Assembly: GCA_964016885.1 (NCBI GenBank)
Contig: OZ024741.1
Location: forward strand, 131,564,001 to 131,628,000
DNA: 64,000 bases
Source: Eledone cirrhosa
Taxonomy: Eukaryota
Direction: 5' to 3'
Of the stretch, positions 25,621-37,207 are shown piece after piece. The stretch's first letter is position 1, and each line of letters opens with the position of its first letter. The position numbers and the translations under genes were made by a program. Below the pieces are notes generated by a model. That model saw only the letters and a list, made by a program, of their open reading frames with translations, was not told the origin of the DNA and ran no database searches.

Positions 25621-25962
25621 TGTTAAAAATAAATGTCGTCTTAAAAATAAATGTCCTCTGAAAACACAAATATTATTGCATGATGATATTTGTTTTTGAA
25701 ATGCGCATAATAAAATACATGGAACTCTTTTAACCATCTTTTGATCTTATATATATATATATATATATATATTGTTATGCTTTGGGAGGGTCATGTTGCC
25801 AATAAGAAACACGCATATGTACGTTTTATGAGTATATGAACAGCATAGATGTTACTGTAAATATTTACATAGCAATCTGTATCTGTGTTATGTATTGATT
25901 GAGCTATGGTTAGAGGTATCAGGCCTGTTTTTGTGTATATTATAATTAAGTAGATGCATGAA

Positions 25963-26044
<82 letters not shown>

Positions 26045-26254
26045 TTCTGCGTGTGCGTGTGTGTGTGCCTGTGTGTAATGAATATATGTAAGAAAGACAA
26101 TAAATATATGTATAGATAAGCTTGCCAAGGCGTCGGATTTCTAAATTTGTCTGCATTGGAATCTGACAAATTATAGATGGTGGCATTTATCTAAGACATT
26201 TGTTTGTACGCGTTAACATTGTAATTATATAAAAATGAGGATATATATATGTGT

Positions 26255-26327
<73 letters not shown>

Positions 26328-26364
26328 CACTATATACTCTTTATATATATATATATGTATATAT

Positions 26365-26519
26365 AGGTGGTTAATGCCTTCTTAACCACTTTTTCAGTTT
26401 GTATGGCGTTTTAACATATTGTTTAGCTCTAGTTTTCTTAACTATTGAGCGCTTACCAGCATTTCTACGATTTTTCGTTTCGCTTTTTCTACCAGCCGAA
26501 ATACGATTCTCTCTGAATT
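26365..26519. repeat. Dispersed (TA)n-anchored repeat family
   Basis: Reverse complement aligns with 51001-51165 and 31452-31580 (gagaatcgtatttcggc...gcgctcaata..accagagcta). Confidence 0.75.
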
Positions 26520-26534
26520 ATATATATATATATA

Positions 26535-27400
26535 CGAGGTGTGTCAGAAAAGTTCCACGACTGATGTCACAAAAAAACCCAAACTTCACACTAAGAGTTT
26601 TTTCCTTCAAAGTAATCCCCTGGAGTCTAATGCACTTTTCTATCCTTTTCTGCCACGCTTGCATGCACTCCTGGAAGGATTCTTCCGGGATCCTCCGCGT
26701 TCCGTCGTCACGGCCTTTTTCATGTTGTCCACGTCTTCAAAACGCGCCCCCCCCCTGGTCGTACTCGAAAATCCATGACTCATCGCCGGTGATGACTGTC
26801 CCTAGCAAGTCTGGTTCGGTTTCAAGACGCCCGAGGATGTCTTGGCACACTTGCATGCGTCGACCCTTCTGGTCATCGTTCAGCAGTTTACGCACCATCT
26901 TCGCGCAGACTTTCCCCATGTCCAAATCTTCAGTGAGAATCTTCCCGACGCTGTCCCGATTCATGCCCAGCTCATTTACCATCAGTCGAACAGTCAGCCG
27001 ACAATCGCTACGCGCCATCTGCCTGATGCGCTCAACGTTGACCTCAGTCCTCGTTGTTGAGGGCCTTCCGGTCCTGGGGTCATCTTGCGCCACTCAAAAA
27101 CACGTGAGCGTGACATCATCTCATCTCCATACACTTGCTGCAGCAATCCCAGTTCTTCTGACGGAGTTTTCCCCAACCGTACCAGAAACTTCAAGTTTGT
27201 TCGTTGCTCTGTGCTCATTGCTTGATGACCTGAAACAGAGGACATGTATAAAAAATTATGAAGAAAAAAGTTTGATCGCTGCAGATTACAGTTACATACT
27301 CCAGGGAGATTACTTTGAAGGAAAAAACTCTTGGTGTGAAGTTTGGGTTTGAAATAAATCTTTTGTGACATCAGTCCTGGAACTTTTCTGACACACCTCG
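26535..27400 (-). mobile_element. Non-autonomous mariner with ~100-bp TIRs
   Basis: TA-flanked CGAGGTGTGTCAGAAAAGTTCC TIRs; EQRTNLKFLVRLGK HTH, R.GRP, ITGDESWIFEYD, catalytic core deleted, QGDYFEG end. Confidence 0.92.
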
Positions 27401-27694
27401 TATATATATGTATACATATATCATAAAGGTTTTAACCAGTATATACATTATATATAACGAGCAAGAGTTTTTTGATAATCGTAAATGATAGATTTAGAGA
27501 AAATCTAGACATGATAAAAAAATGTGACGATATATATATGATGTAAATTTAATTTAGGTAAAACAATATTTTTTAAGCCAGAATTCGTGAAAGGAACTAC
27601 ATTCAAACATTCCACAATTTCTTCTTCACATAGAAAAGGGATTATATTTATACATTTCAGATTTAAACCATATCTATTGGCATGTAGATGTAAA

Positions 27695-27880
27695 TAATTG
27701 TTTCTACTTTAGGCACAAGGCCAGCAATTACCCAGTGCATTACTGGTACTTTATTTTATCGACCCCGTAAGGATGAAAGGCAAAGTCAACCTCGGCGGGA
27801 TTTGAACTCAGATCGTAAAGGGACGTAACTATGCTGGAAATAATGGCGTCCGACCCTCTACCGATACTGCCAATCCGTAA
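27695..27880 (-). mobile_element. tRNA-derived SINE
   Basis: Reverse complement has a TGGCAGTATCGG A box, GAGTTCAAATCC B box and the family core. Confidence 0.9.
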
Positions 27881-28441
27881 ATAATGAAACAATGATAGTA
27901 AAAAAATACACCTGCGTCGAAGCTGCTTACTTTAAATTAACATACATTTATATGTATGTATATACTGTATATAAATATATATATTTTTTTCTAATTCTTC
28001 ATTTTAATTTGTATATCACATATGCAACAACACAGCACGCCATTTTTCATTTCTATATATATCGCTGCTGCTAGCTGCAACATTTAGTATTTCGCCCCGT
28101 TCTTTGGTAGAACGAAATCTTGTTGATGAAATGAATCCTCTGTTCGATCATGAATACCACGAGCTTGCCAGTTACGTAAGTCTGATTTCGGATTCATAGA
28201 AACACTTTAAACGCTTAACGTTTGATTTGTCCAGGTGTATTTTTCTCAACCTGTTAGTTCTTTCGTTACTTTGGTATATTGTGTGTTAGATTTTTGCCTA
28301 CCACAATGTTCAATTTGTCAAGCTATTTACACGTATGTTATTACTCTAAGGACCTACCTTGTCGAGTGCTTTGCTAACTCATTCATATAGTTGGCCGAAT
28401 TTGCTTGCACACCACCAGAGATTCGATTTTACTAAGCCTCC

Positions 28442-28478
<37 letters not shown>

Positions 28479-28681
28479 TACGTATATGTACAATATATAA
28501 TTATGTACATATATTCATATATATTTGTATTTATATATACTTTCCTGATGATCCACTTCGAATGAAACAGTTCTTGTCCTGTAGAAGCCATTTTTATATT
28601 ACATTTATTGTATACACTCTGTTAATATATTGAGTACGTTACTTACTCTGGTTACACACACACACATATTTATATATCTAT

Positions 28682-29637
28682 CTAAGGCGGGTAAAATTCC
28701 CGAGATCCATGGACGAGCTCTCTCCAGCGGTCTCTGACCCTCATCATCGCTGCCATGTCCTGCGTCTCCAACAGACCAGTGTCTGTCCTTAGAGCATCAA
28801 CATACGTTAACCTTGGTCTTCCTCTTCTAGTGTATCCATGTAGGGGCTCCCACAGGAGCACTGAGTGCAATGTCAACTCTGGATGTCGGTGAGCATGTCC
28901 AGCTAACCTCAGTCTCTTCTGTATCACTTTTGAGCTGACTTTTGGGATGCTCCCATACAGCTCTGAGTTTTTCATCCTCAGTGTATGCTGATTAATGTTC
29001 AGAGCCATCCTCAGCATTCTCGTCTAGCACCCATCCACCAAAGCCCAAGTCATTACACCCGATGGGATGACAGAGTTCTTTGAGATACTGGCTGGAGTGC
29101 TCCAGGGTGATACATTGGCTCCCTACCTGTTTATCATCGTAGTGGACTATTGTATGCGCCTTGCACTGGAGAAACACCACGACTCTGGCTTTACTGTAGC
29201 ACCGGCTCAGAGCAGGAGAGTTAAGGCGAAAAAGGTATCGGATGCTGAATTTGCCGACGACATAGTTTTGGTGACAAATACAGTGAAGGAGGAAGAGGAT
29301 TTGATGCGGGAAGTTGAGACTGTGTCGATGAGTCTGGGGCTGAGAATGAATGAGACTAAAACAAAATATCTGGTAGAGAATGTTGAGAAGCCAGAGGGGA
29401 TCACTAATGTAGGCGGGAAGCCGCTAGAATTGGTTGAGGGCTCCCTGTATTTGGGAGCAAAGATTGGGAATACGGAAGATGATGTGGTTGAGAGGAAGAG
29501 CAAAGCCTGGGCGGCGTGCCACAGCTTGAGATCGGTGTGGAAGTCGGACCTTCGTAAAGACCTGAAAATCCGCCTCTTCATTGCTGTAGTGGAATCTGTG
29601 CTGCTGTATGGGTCTGAGACTTGGACACTGACCAAGA
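28682..29637 (-). mobile_element. RTE-clade LINE with inverted 5' segment
   Basis: Minus 28682-29038 is the C-terminus (RMLRMALNI..RLRLAGH..RGRP); plus 29037-29637 is RT (GVLQGDTLAP, FADD, LLYGSETWTLTK). Confidence 0.88.
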
Positions 29638-29935
29638 ATATTTATATATATATATATATTTTTTTGTATATACACATACATATATATATATATAAATGTA
29701 TATAAAACAATACCGTTGTAATAACTGTAGATAGGTTTCCTTTTAAACTATGTCTCGCTCGTCCTTTCTATACAAGACCCCCCCCCCCACACACACGCAC
29801 ACAGACATATCGCCACCAGCTTAAGTCCATACCACAAAATAAAGTAATTACTTAAATACTAACACACACGGACAGAGTGAGACACAGAGACTCACGTATG
29901 CAAACACACATGCACACGCACACATACAAACACAC

Positions 29936-29983
<48 letters not shown>

Positions 29984-30574
29984 ACAAAGAGTAAACAACA
30001 ACAATATTTTAAAGAAACAATACGAAAGACATTCTCACTATGATAATAACATCAGCAGCAACTAAAATAAGCGACAACAATAAACACGAAACACAATATA
30101 TAAACCTTAAAAAATAGAAGCAGACGATCTTTTCCTACATTATCTATATGTATTTAACAAAGTGTCTGTCTGTTTCCCTTTCTCCTTCTCTAGCCCATAA
30201 CACTTCATGTTCACCATTTTTACTCTACTCCTCACTCCCGTATTAACATTGATATCGTCTGCTAATATTTAAACATTATAGAGAAATGTAGACTGAAAAG
30301 GAAAGAAAAGAAATTAAATACAGAATAGTACAAGTGAATAGTACAGAATAGTACAAGTGAAAGTACAACGTCATAAATTGATGTTACTAATAGCGGCAAT
30401 AATAATTTAGTTCTTTTTTCCATTATTAAACAGACATTTCACAAATTGTGTATATATTTTTGTGTAGTTAGTTTATTTTTCATGCTTTGTTTGTCTTTTG
30501 TTTTTTAATACGTTGTTTCTGTATAATCCGGAAGTAATCTTTCTGCCCCACCCCTCGTTATATATTTATATATA

Positions 30575-31208
30575 CGAGGTGTGTCAGAAAAGTTCCAGGA
30601 CTTATTTCACAAAAGATTTATTTCAAACCCAAACTTCACACTAAGAGTTTTCTCCTTCAAAGTAATCCCCCTGGAATATGTAACTGTAATCTTAGCTCTG
30701 TGCAGATGGCGCGTAGCGATTGTCGGCTGACTGTTCGACTGATGGCAAATGAGCTGGGCATGAATCGGGACAGCGTCGGGAAGATTTTCACTGAAGATTT
30801 GAACATGCGGAAAGTCTGCGCGAAAATGATGCGAAAACTGCTGAACGATGACCAGAAGCGTCGATGCATGCAAGTGTGCCAAGACATCCTCGAGAGCGTC
30901 TTGAAACCGAACCAGACTTGCTAGGGACAGTCATCACCGGCGATGAGTCATGGATCTTCGAGTACGACCCGGGCGGGGGGGGGGGGCTGTTTTGAAGACG
31001 TGGACGACATCAAAAAGGCCGTGACGACGGAACTGTGGAGGATCCCGGAAGAATCCTTCCAGGAGTGCATGCAAGCGTGGCAGAAAAGGATGGAAAAGTG
31101 CATTAGACTCCAGGGGATTACTTTGAAGGAGAAAACTCTTAGTGTGAAGTTTGGGTTTGAAATAAATCTTTTGTGACATCAGTCCTGGAACTTTTCTGAC
31201 ACACCTCT
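30575..31208 (+). mobile_element. Second non-autonomous mariner, further deleted
   Basis: Same TIRs and TA flanks, same core deletion at the G-run, additionally lacks the HTH region. Confidence 0.92.
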
Positions 31209-31240
<32 letters not shown>

Positions 31241-31294
31241 CGCACACACAGACACACACACACACAAGCACGCACACACACACATAAACACACT

Positions 31295-31386
<92 letters not shown>

Positions 31387-31831
31387 TTATATATATATAT
31401 ATATAAATATATATATACAAATATAAATATAAATATAAATATACAAATATAAATTAGCGAGAATCGTATTTCGGCTTTGGAATTAGCGAAAAACAACTTC
31501 GAGATGTGTGGCAAGCGCTCAATAATTCTGACGAACCAGAGCTACAACATACGTTAAAGGCCAAACACACTGAGACGATGGCAAAGTGGAATAACAGGTA
31601 ATCAATACTAAATATTTGTTAAAGGTTGTAGCGGTCACTGGATATCTAGCCCCAAACGCCGCCATTTCAAAAATGATACAATAGCTGAAATCAGAACATA
31701 CCATAGATCACATACCACGCCATCCATTCACCGTTTTTAGCGGTGAAAGAAAAAACCCAAATTTATATTTCAAAATTGTCAGCTTCGGATTAACAAAAAT
31801 TATACAGCGCCGAAATAGTTTCTTCTATCTT

Positions 31832-31864
<33 letters not shown>

Positions 31865-31938
31865 TTATCTATGTATCAATATCTGTGTACACAAGCACAC
31901 ACGCACACACGCACACACGCGCACACGCGCACACGCGC

Positions 31939-32071
<133 letters not shown>

Positions 32072-32128
32072 TATTGAAATTTCAGTTAGAAACAGAAAAG
32101 GTCATAGAAATGAAGAGTGCTCTATGTC

Positions 32129-32394
32129 AGGGCTGGTACGCAGCAGGTGCGACGACGCCCTCAGAGAAGCCCTAGACATGGAGGAGGACGAACTGGCCAG
32201 CCTGTTCGGTAGGACATTCAGCCCGGGACCTATGGACAACTTCCAGAAGTCCCTGGCCTGGCAGTGCTACCGAGGGGCTCTACCCGTCCGAGAAAAACTC
32301 TACAGACACGGGCGCCCGGGTAGGGACCCCGCCAAAAAGATCTGTCCCAGATGCGTGTGCGACGAGGAAACCGTTGCACACGCATTGGTACACT
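32129..32394 (+). mobile_element. 266-bp internal Tx1 fragment, inverted relative to 34111-34376
   Basis: About 3 substitutions relative to the neighbouring element; no 3' tail. Confidence 0.92.
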
Positions 32395-32399
32395 TTTTA

Positions 32400-32479
32400 T
32401 ATTGCCTCGTCTGACGAACGAATGAAGTCGTTTATTTCGTATTCGCCTCATTCGGGAAACCTCTGGTAATGAGGTAATA
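32400..32479 (+). ncRNA. Type-I hammerhead ribozyme
   Basis: 11-bp stem I tattgcctcgt/atgaggtaata (G-U pairs); CUGACGA; stem II cgaatga/tcattcg with A-G first pair; GAAA; stem III ACC-tct-GGT; cut after A32468. Confidence 0.8.
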
Positions 32480-32501
32480 ATATTGTATTGATTTTATACA
32501 T

Positions 32502-32531
<30 letters not shown>

Positions 32532-32533
<2 letters not shown>

Positions 32534-32731
32534 GAAGGGGTTACACAACAGTTAGTTCACCATACTGAGAACAATTGTTTCACCTTAGCGGATCCTCAGC
32601 TCGTAATGGACCTCTAAGTTGAAACAATTGTTTACAGTATGGTGAACTAACTGTTGTGTAACCACTTCTACCTAACTCGTCCCATGGACTGAGTGCTCTA
32701 CCACTACGGATATTACCTTCCAGTGTTCTAC

Positions 32732-32735
<4 letters not shown>
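32532..32735 (+). mobile_element. Foldback + tail element in (TA)n
   Basis: Arms 32532-32588 and 32614-32670, 65-bp tail, (TA)n on both sides. Confidence 0.8.
32563..32605 (-). ncRNA. Minimal type-I hammerhead
   Basis: tacgag-CUGAGGA-tccgctaaggt-GAAA-caattg-UU-ctcagta; palindromic stem III; short stem II. Confidence 0.65.
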
Positions 32736-32780
<45 letters not shown>

Positions 32781-32847
32781 CGAGGTCTAGCAAATAGAGA
32801 AAAAGTTTTAAAATATATTTTTAAAATTCGCTGTACTTACTATATGT

Positions 32848-32929
32848 GCCTTTATCGCGGTTTCATGCTCCAGAATAAACGGAAAATCCAAGCGGATTTC
32901 AATTGAGAAGGGACCAATCTTCAGAAGGC
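32848..32929 (-). ncRNA. Type-I hammerhead with extended stem II, partly decayed
   Basis: gcctt-CUGAAGA-ttggtcc...ggagcat-GAAA-ccgcga-UA-aaggc. Confidence 0.6.
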
Positions 32930-33348
32930 TCTTCTCCCTCGGAAAATATAAAATTCTCGAGTTCAATCACAAACTGACGCCATGCAAAACCATTCCCAAA
33001 TGAGAGCGGATGATGAAAGAAATAATTCTGTCTGGTGCCGTGTACAAAGACAAAAGGCAGGGTGGACAGGTCAATATCCTGCCACTAGGAATAGCAGCAG
33101 TCCAAACGGCCAAAATTTTATCTTTATCAATAATAATAAGGTATGAATTCCTACGTGTAAAAAATACATATAGGGAAACAAGTATTATCCAACCGTATGC
33201 CAATGTGGTTCTATGGCGGGTTAATAAATTAACATACAAGTATGTATATATATATATATTTATATATATATATATAAACATATATATATGTGTGTGTGTC
33301 TGTGTGCATGTGTACACAGATATTGATAGATCAATATATGTGTATACA

Positions 33349-33436
<88 letters not shown>

Positions 33437-33745
33437 CATATATATATATATGTGCGTGTGACAAATATTAATAGATAGATATGTTTCTTTTATTTGCCAC
33501 CAGGGCATCAAAAGTGGGACAAGTACAAAGGGGGGAGTTTACACAAAAAGGCGTCCTCAATAAGGAGGAGGCAATAACAATGTATAAAAATAAAATAAAA
33601 TATAACAAAAAATAAAATTTATAACAAAATCCTCAATAGAGAGGAGGCGCCTTGGGGGGTCGCACACACCCCCGAAAAAAGTGTGCAACCCTTTTCCTCA
33701 GGAGCACAGAGAGGGGGTGCTCCCTCGTTCCTTCCTCCTTTCCAC

Positions 33746-36700
33746 CTACAGGCTTATGTAAAGAGAAGGCCCATTCACACGGGCCATTCTCGCCACTTTC
33801 ACCCACCTTTCATAAAAACGACTGGGGTGCAGCACCTCTCTCTCCATCCTGATCCTTCTTTCGAAATGATATCGGAAGAAACGGACCAGTTGTTGGCCAG
33901 AGAGAAAGGTGCCTGACCTCAGTCCTTTCAGACGCGTCCACCATACAACTTCTTTCACCATGGCTATTACGCACAGAAACACCGCCTCTCCTTCATCTTT
34001 GAAGGGGGGAGGCGGCTTGATCATTACAATAGACTCGGTGGTCAACCGGATCGGTCCCACCCTTGACAGCAGTTGTTCGACATATCCCCACAGATCGGCT
34101 ACGCCCGAGCAGTGTACCAATGCGTGTGCAACGGTTTCCTCGTCGCACACGCATCTGGGACAGATCTTTTTGGCGGGGTCCCTACCCGGGCGCCCGTGTC
34201 TGTAGAGTTTTACTCAGACGGGTAGAGCCCCTCGGTAGCACTGCCAGGCCAGGGACTTCTGGAAGTTGTCCATAGGTCCCGGGCTGAATGTCCTACCGAA
34301 CAGGCTGGCCAGTTCGTCCTCCTCCATGTCTAGGGCTTCTCCGAGGGCGTCGTCGCACCTGCTGCGTACCAGCCCTCTATAGAATGTTGCGGTGGAGTCT
34401 CCACTGATAACCGGATCCGCCTGCCAGAGGGCGGTGAGCGCCTGGGCACACTCAGTGTGCCAGGCGCCCAGTTTTCTCGGTCTTTGCTTGACCCAGGATT
34501 GCAGCTCGGTAAGTGAGACGAGTCTGGGAAAGGTTCGTCTCACAAACGAGGCCCACACCGGTTGACCGGTGAGGAATACGTAGAGGTGCCGTAGCCTTAA
34601 TGCGTGTTTACGCATCATTAGCCACGGCATTCCCAGCCCTCCTTTCGAAGGGTGTTGACAGCAGATGGATTTCCTCACCATAGGCGCCCGCCTCTTCCAA
34701 AGGAATTGGAAGAGCGCGCGCTCCATCTTGGTGAGGGTTTCCCTTGGGCAGGGCACTACGGTCAGGCGGTAGTAGATGACGGACGCTTTATAGGTGTTCA
34801 CCACCTCCGCCCGACCTTTCAGGGATAGTTTGCAACTGGCCCACTTCTGGGTCAGTGCAAACACCCTGTTCGTAACCTCCGCCCAGTTCTTCTCCACCTG
34901 GAGGTCCGGTCCGAACCAGACCCCGAGCAACTTCACCGGGCCCTCCGTCCAGCGTCCGACGAAGCCATCGGAGAGCATCGGTCTGCCCCTCCACGTGCCG
35001 AGTTGCAAACCGATCGACTTGTCCCGGTTCAGCTTAGCCCCTGTGAACCTTTCGTACTCCTCCAGTAAGGTGCCGACCGCCTCGATTTCGGAGGCCGTCG
35101 ACACCATTACTGTCACGTCATCGGCGTAGGCCGACACCGCTTTCCGCAATCCCGGTTCCAAAGGGATGCCCTGCAACAACTCCAACTTCCGCAGTAGTGG
35201 CTCGAGAGTCAATACATACAGAAGGGAGGAGAGAGGGCACCCTTGTCGGATGGACCGCGCGATTTTGAACGGCTCCGAGAGGTAGCCGTTCACCTTAACC
35301 CTAGAGCAGATGCGGCTGCTGTGCATAGCAGTGATCCAGCCCCTGAAAACGGGTCCGAAGCCTGCCGACGCTAGCACCGCATCCAGGTAACCATGGTCGA
35401 CCTTATCGAACGCCTTAGATTGATCCAAGTTGATCAGAGCCCCACCAAAGCCGGGTTCGTTCCCAACCCTCTCTATGATGTATCGCATGAGGTGGAGGTT
35501 GTCATGGATGGACCTGGACGGGATAGCGCATGTCTGCGCATCTCCTACCAGGTTGCCCACGACAAGCGCCAACCTCTTTGCTAGCACCTTGGCCAAAATC
35601 TGTAACTCTGTATTTAGCAGAGTTATGGGCCTGAAGTTACTTATTTCGTCCCCCTTGTTCTCGTCCTTCCTCACTAGCGTGACTACGCCCTTGGTCACAG
35701 TACAGGGAATTCTCCCGTTCTGTTGCCAGTTGCAGTAGACCGCCTCGAGGAGATCGGGGAACAAGTCCGGCATAGCTAGATATAATTCGTAAGGAAGACC
35801 ATCGAGACCCGGGGATTTGCGTTTGCCGCATTGGCCCAGCACGTCCTCTATCTCAGCGGCCGAAATCGGCTCCTCGCAGGACTTCGCCTCCCTGTCCGAG
35901 AGACGCGGCAGGCCGTCGAGGTATGGACCGAAGTCCACATTCCCAACCGGCTCCCCGCCCCTCCCGAACAGTCAGGCAAAGTGCCTTTGAAAGGCCTCAC
36001 ACATCTGCCTAGGCTCAAGAATCGCCCGTCCATTCAGGTCTCGCAAAGACCGGATGGTGGATTTAGTTCCACTGTTGGCCTCTGTCACGCGGGCCCAGCT
36101 AACAACTTTGGTCCCCTCGTTTCCTAGAGCACGTATTTTACTTCGGACAACGCAGCCTTCGTGCTTCGCGTCGAAAAACTGGCTCAAAGCCGTTCTCGAC
36201 GCTAGCACTCTGGCCACGTCGTCGCTTCTAATAGCCTCTTCTACTCTATCTATTAGCTCCCTTTCCTTCCTATTCCTATCCGCAGCTAGAACCTTACTAA
36301 ATTCTATCGAGACTACTCTAATCTCTCTCTTTAGAGATACCCACCACCTGCTGTTGACGATCGCTCCAGTCAACCGTTCCTTAACTAACGTACTAATCCG
36401 ATCCCTGTAGGCTCTACTTGCCGGCAAGGACAAGTTGAGCCTCCAGTAACCGGGGCCCTGTCTATGCGTTCTATCAAGTTTGACCATGCAGGTCACCAAC
36501 TTGTGGTCTGAATAGCCAACCATGAGCATTTCTGGACAACTTAAAAAGTCCCTGTCCTTATTTCTAACTAAAAATCTATCTAGGTACGACCTAAATGATC
36601 CGCTGCGATTTGATCAAGACCAGGTTGGCACCGTCGGAAAATCTAGTCGAAATCTATCGGCCAGGTCAAATCGACCGAGTAACCCCTTGAGGCTGTTGCA

Positions 36701-37183
36701 CCCCTCTCTATCGGGACATGCCCCTGCATAGTCCCAACGTGCATCCAGGATACCATTCCAATTCCCCACTAAAAGCAGGGAACGGGACGTCCCTAGAAAA
36801 GACTCCAGACGCTGGAAAAAGTCGGGCCGCTCTGTCCCAAAAGGGGCATATGCGGCTACCAGCCTAAAGGCTCTACCTTCACCACTGCCAAGGTCCAGCA
36901 CCACCAGTCGACCCCCTGGGTCCAAGTGAACTATCTATGTTGCAAGGCCCATATGTTTTTGCAGCAGAACGACAACCCCACCCCCACCTCCGGGCTGACA
37001 GAGAGATGCGTGCATCTCAAAGTCGTCAAAGGTGGGGGCTAGCTGCCGCATGTTGCTGATCCGGGCCTCGCAGATAACCATCACATTTATAGATTGTGAC
37101 CTGAGGTCATTTAGAAGCATTGCTTGCTTCCAAGACGAGCCCAGGCCACGCGCATTTAGACACCCTACTCTTAGCACAGCCAT
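33746..37183 (-). pseudogene. Tx1 ORF2 (APE-RT-CCHC), one frame with ~5 nonsense codons
   Basis: ORFs 36935, 36614, 35972, 34214 and 33746 are all in the same frame; starts MAVLRVGCLNARGL; contains YSDH and YADD. Confidence 0.92.
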
Positions 37184-37207
37184 GTTGGTGGTAAGGAGAA
37201 AAGGCAC

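Larger units (their letters stand above)
24072..25747 (-). mobile_element. 5'-truncated Penelope-like element (Hydra-type) with inverted pLTR segment, inserted in (TA)n
   Basis: GIY-YIG ORF end, 3' UTR, HHR, 89-bp inverted repeat 24168-24256/25659-25747, ~95-bp tail, (TA)n on both sides. Confidence 0.85.

Noticed and set aside
28545-28575. CUGAUGA...GAAAC hammerhead candidate
   Set aside because: Stems I and II do not pair; it is part of a small repeat also seen at 50880-50975.
31528-31580. CUGACGA core
   Set aside because: No GAAA or stems; absent from the related copies at 26365 and 51001.
33746-37183. In-frame TGA codons as selenocysteine or readthrough
   Set aside because: Mixed TGA/TAG/TAA stops; the TGA at 34214 is CGA in the sister fragment, consistent with CpG decay.
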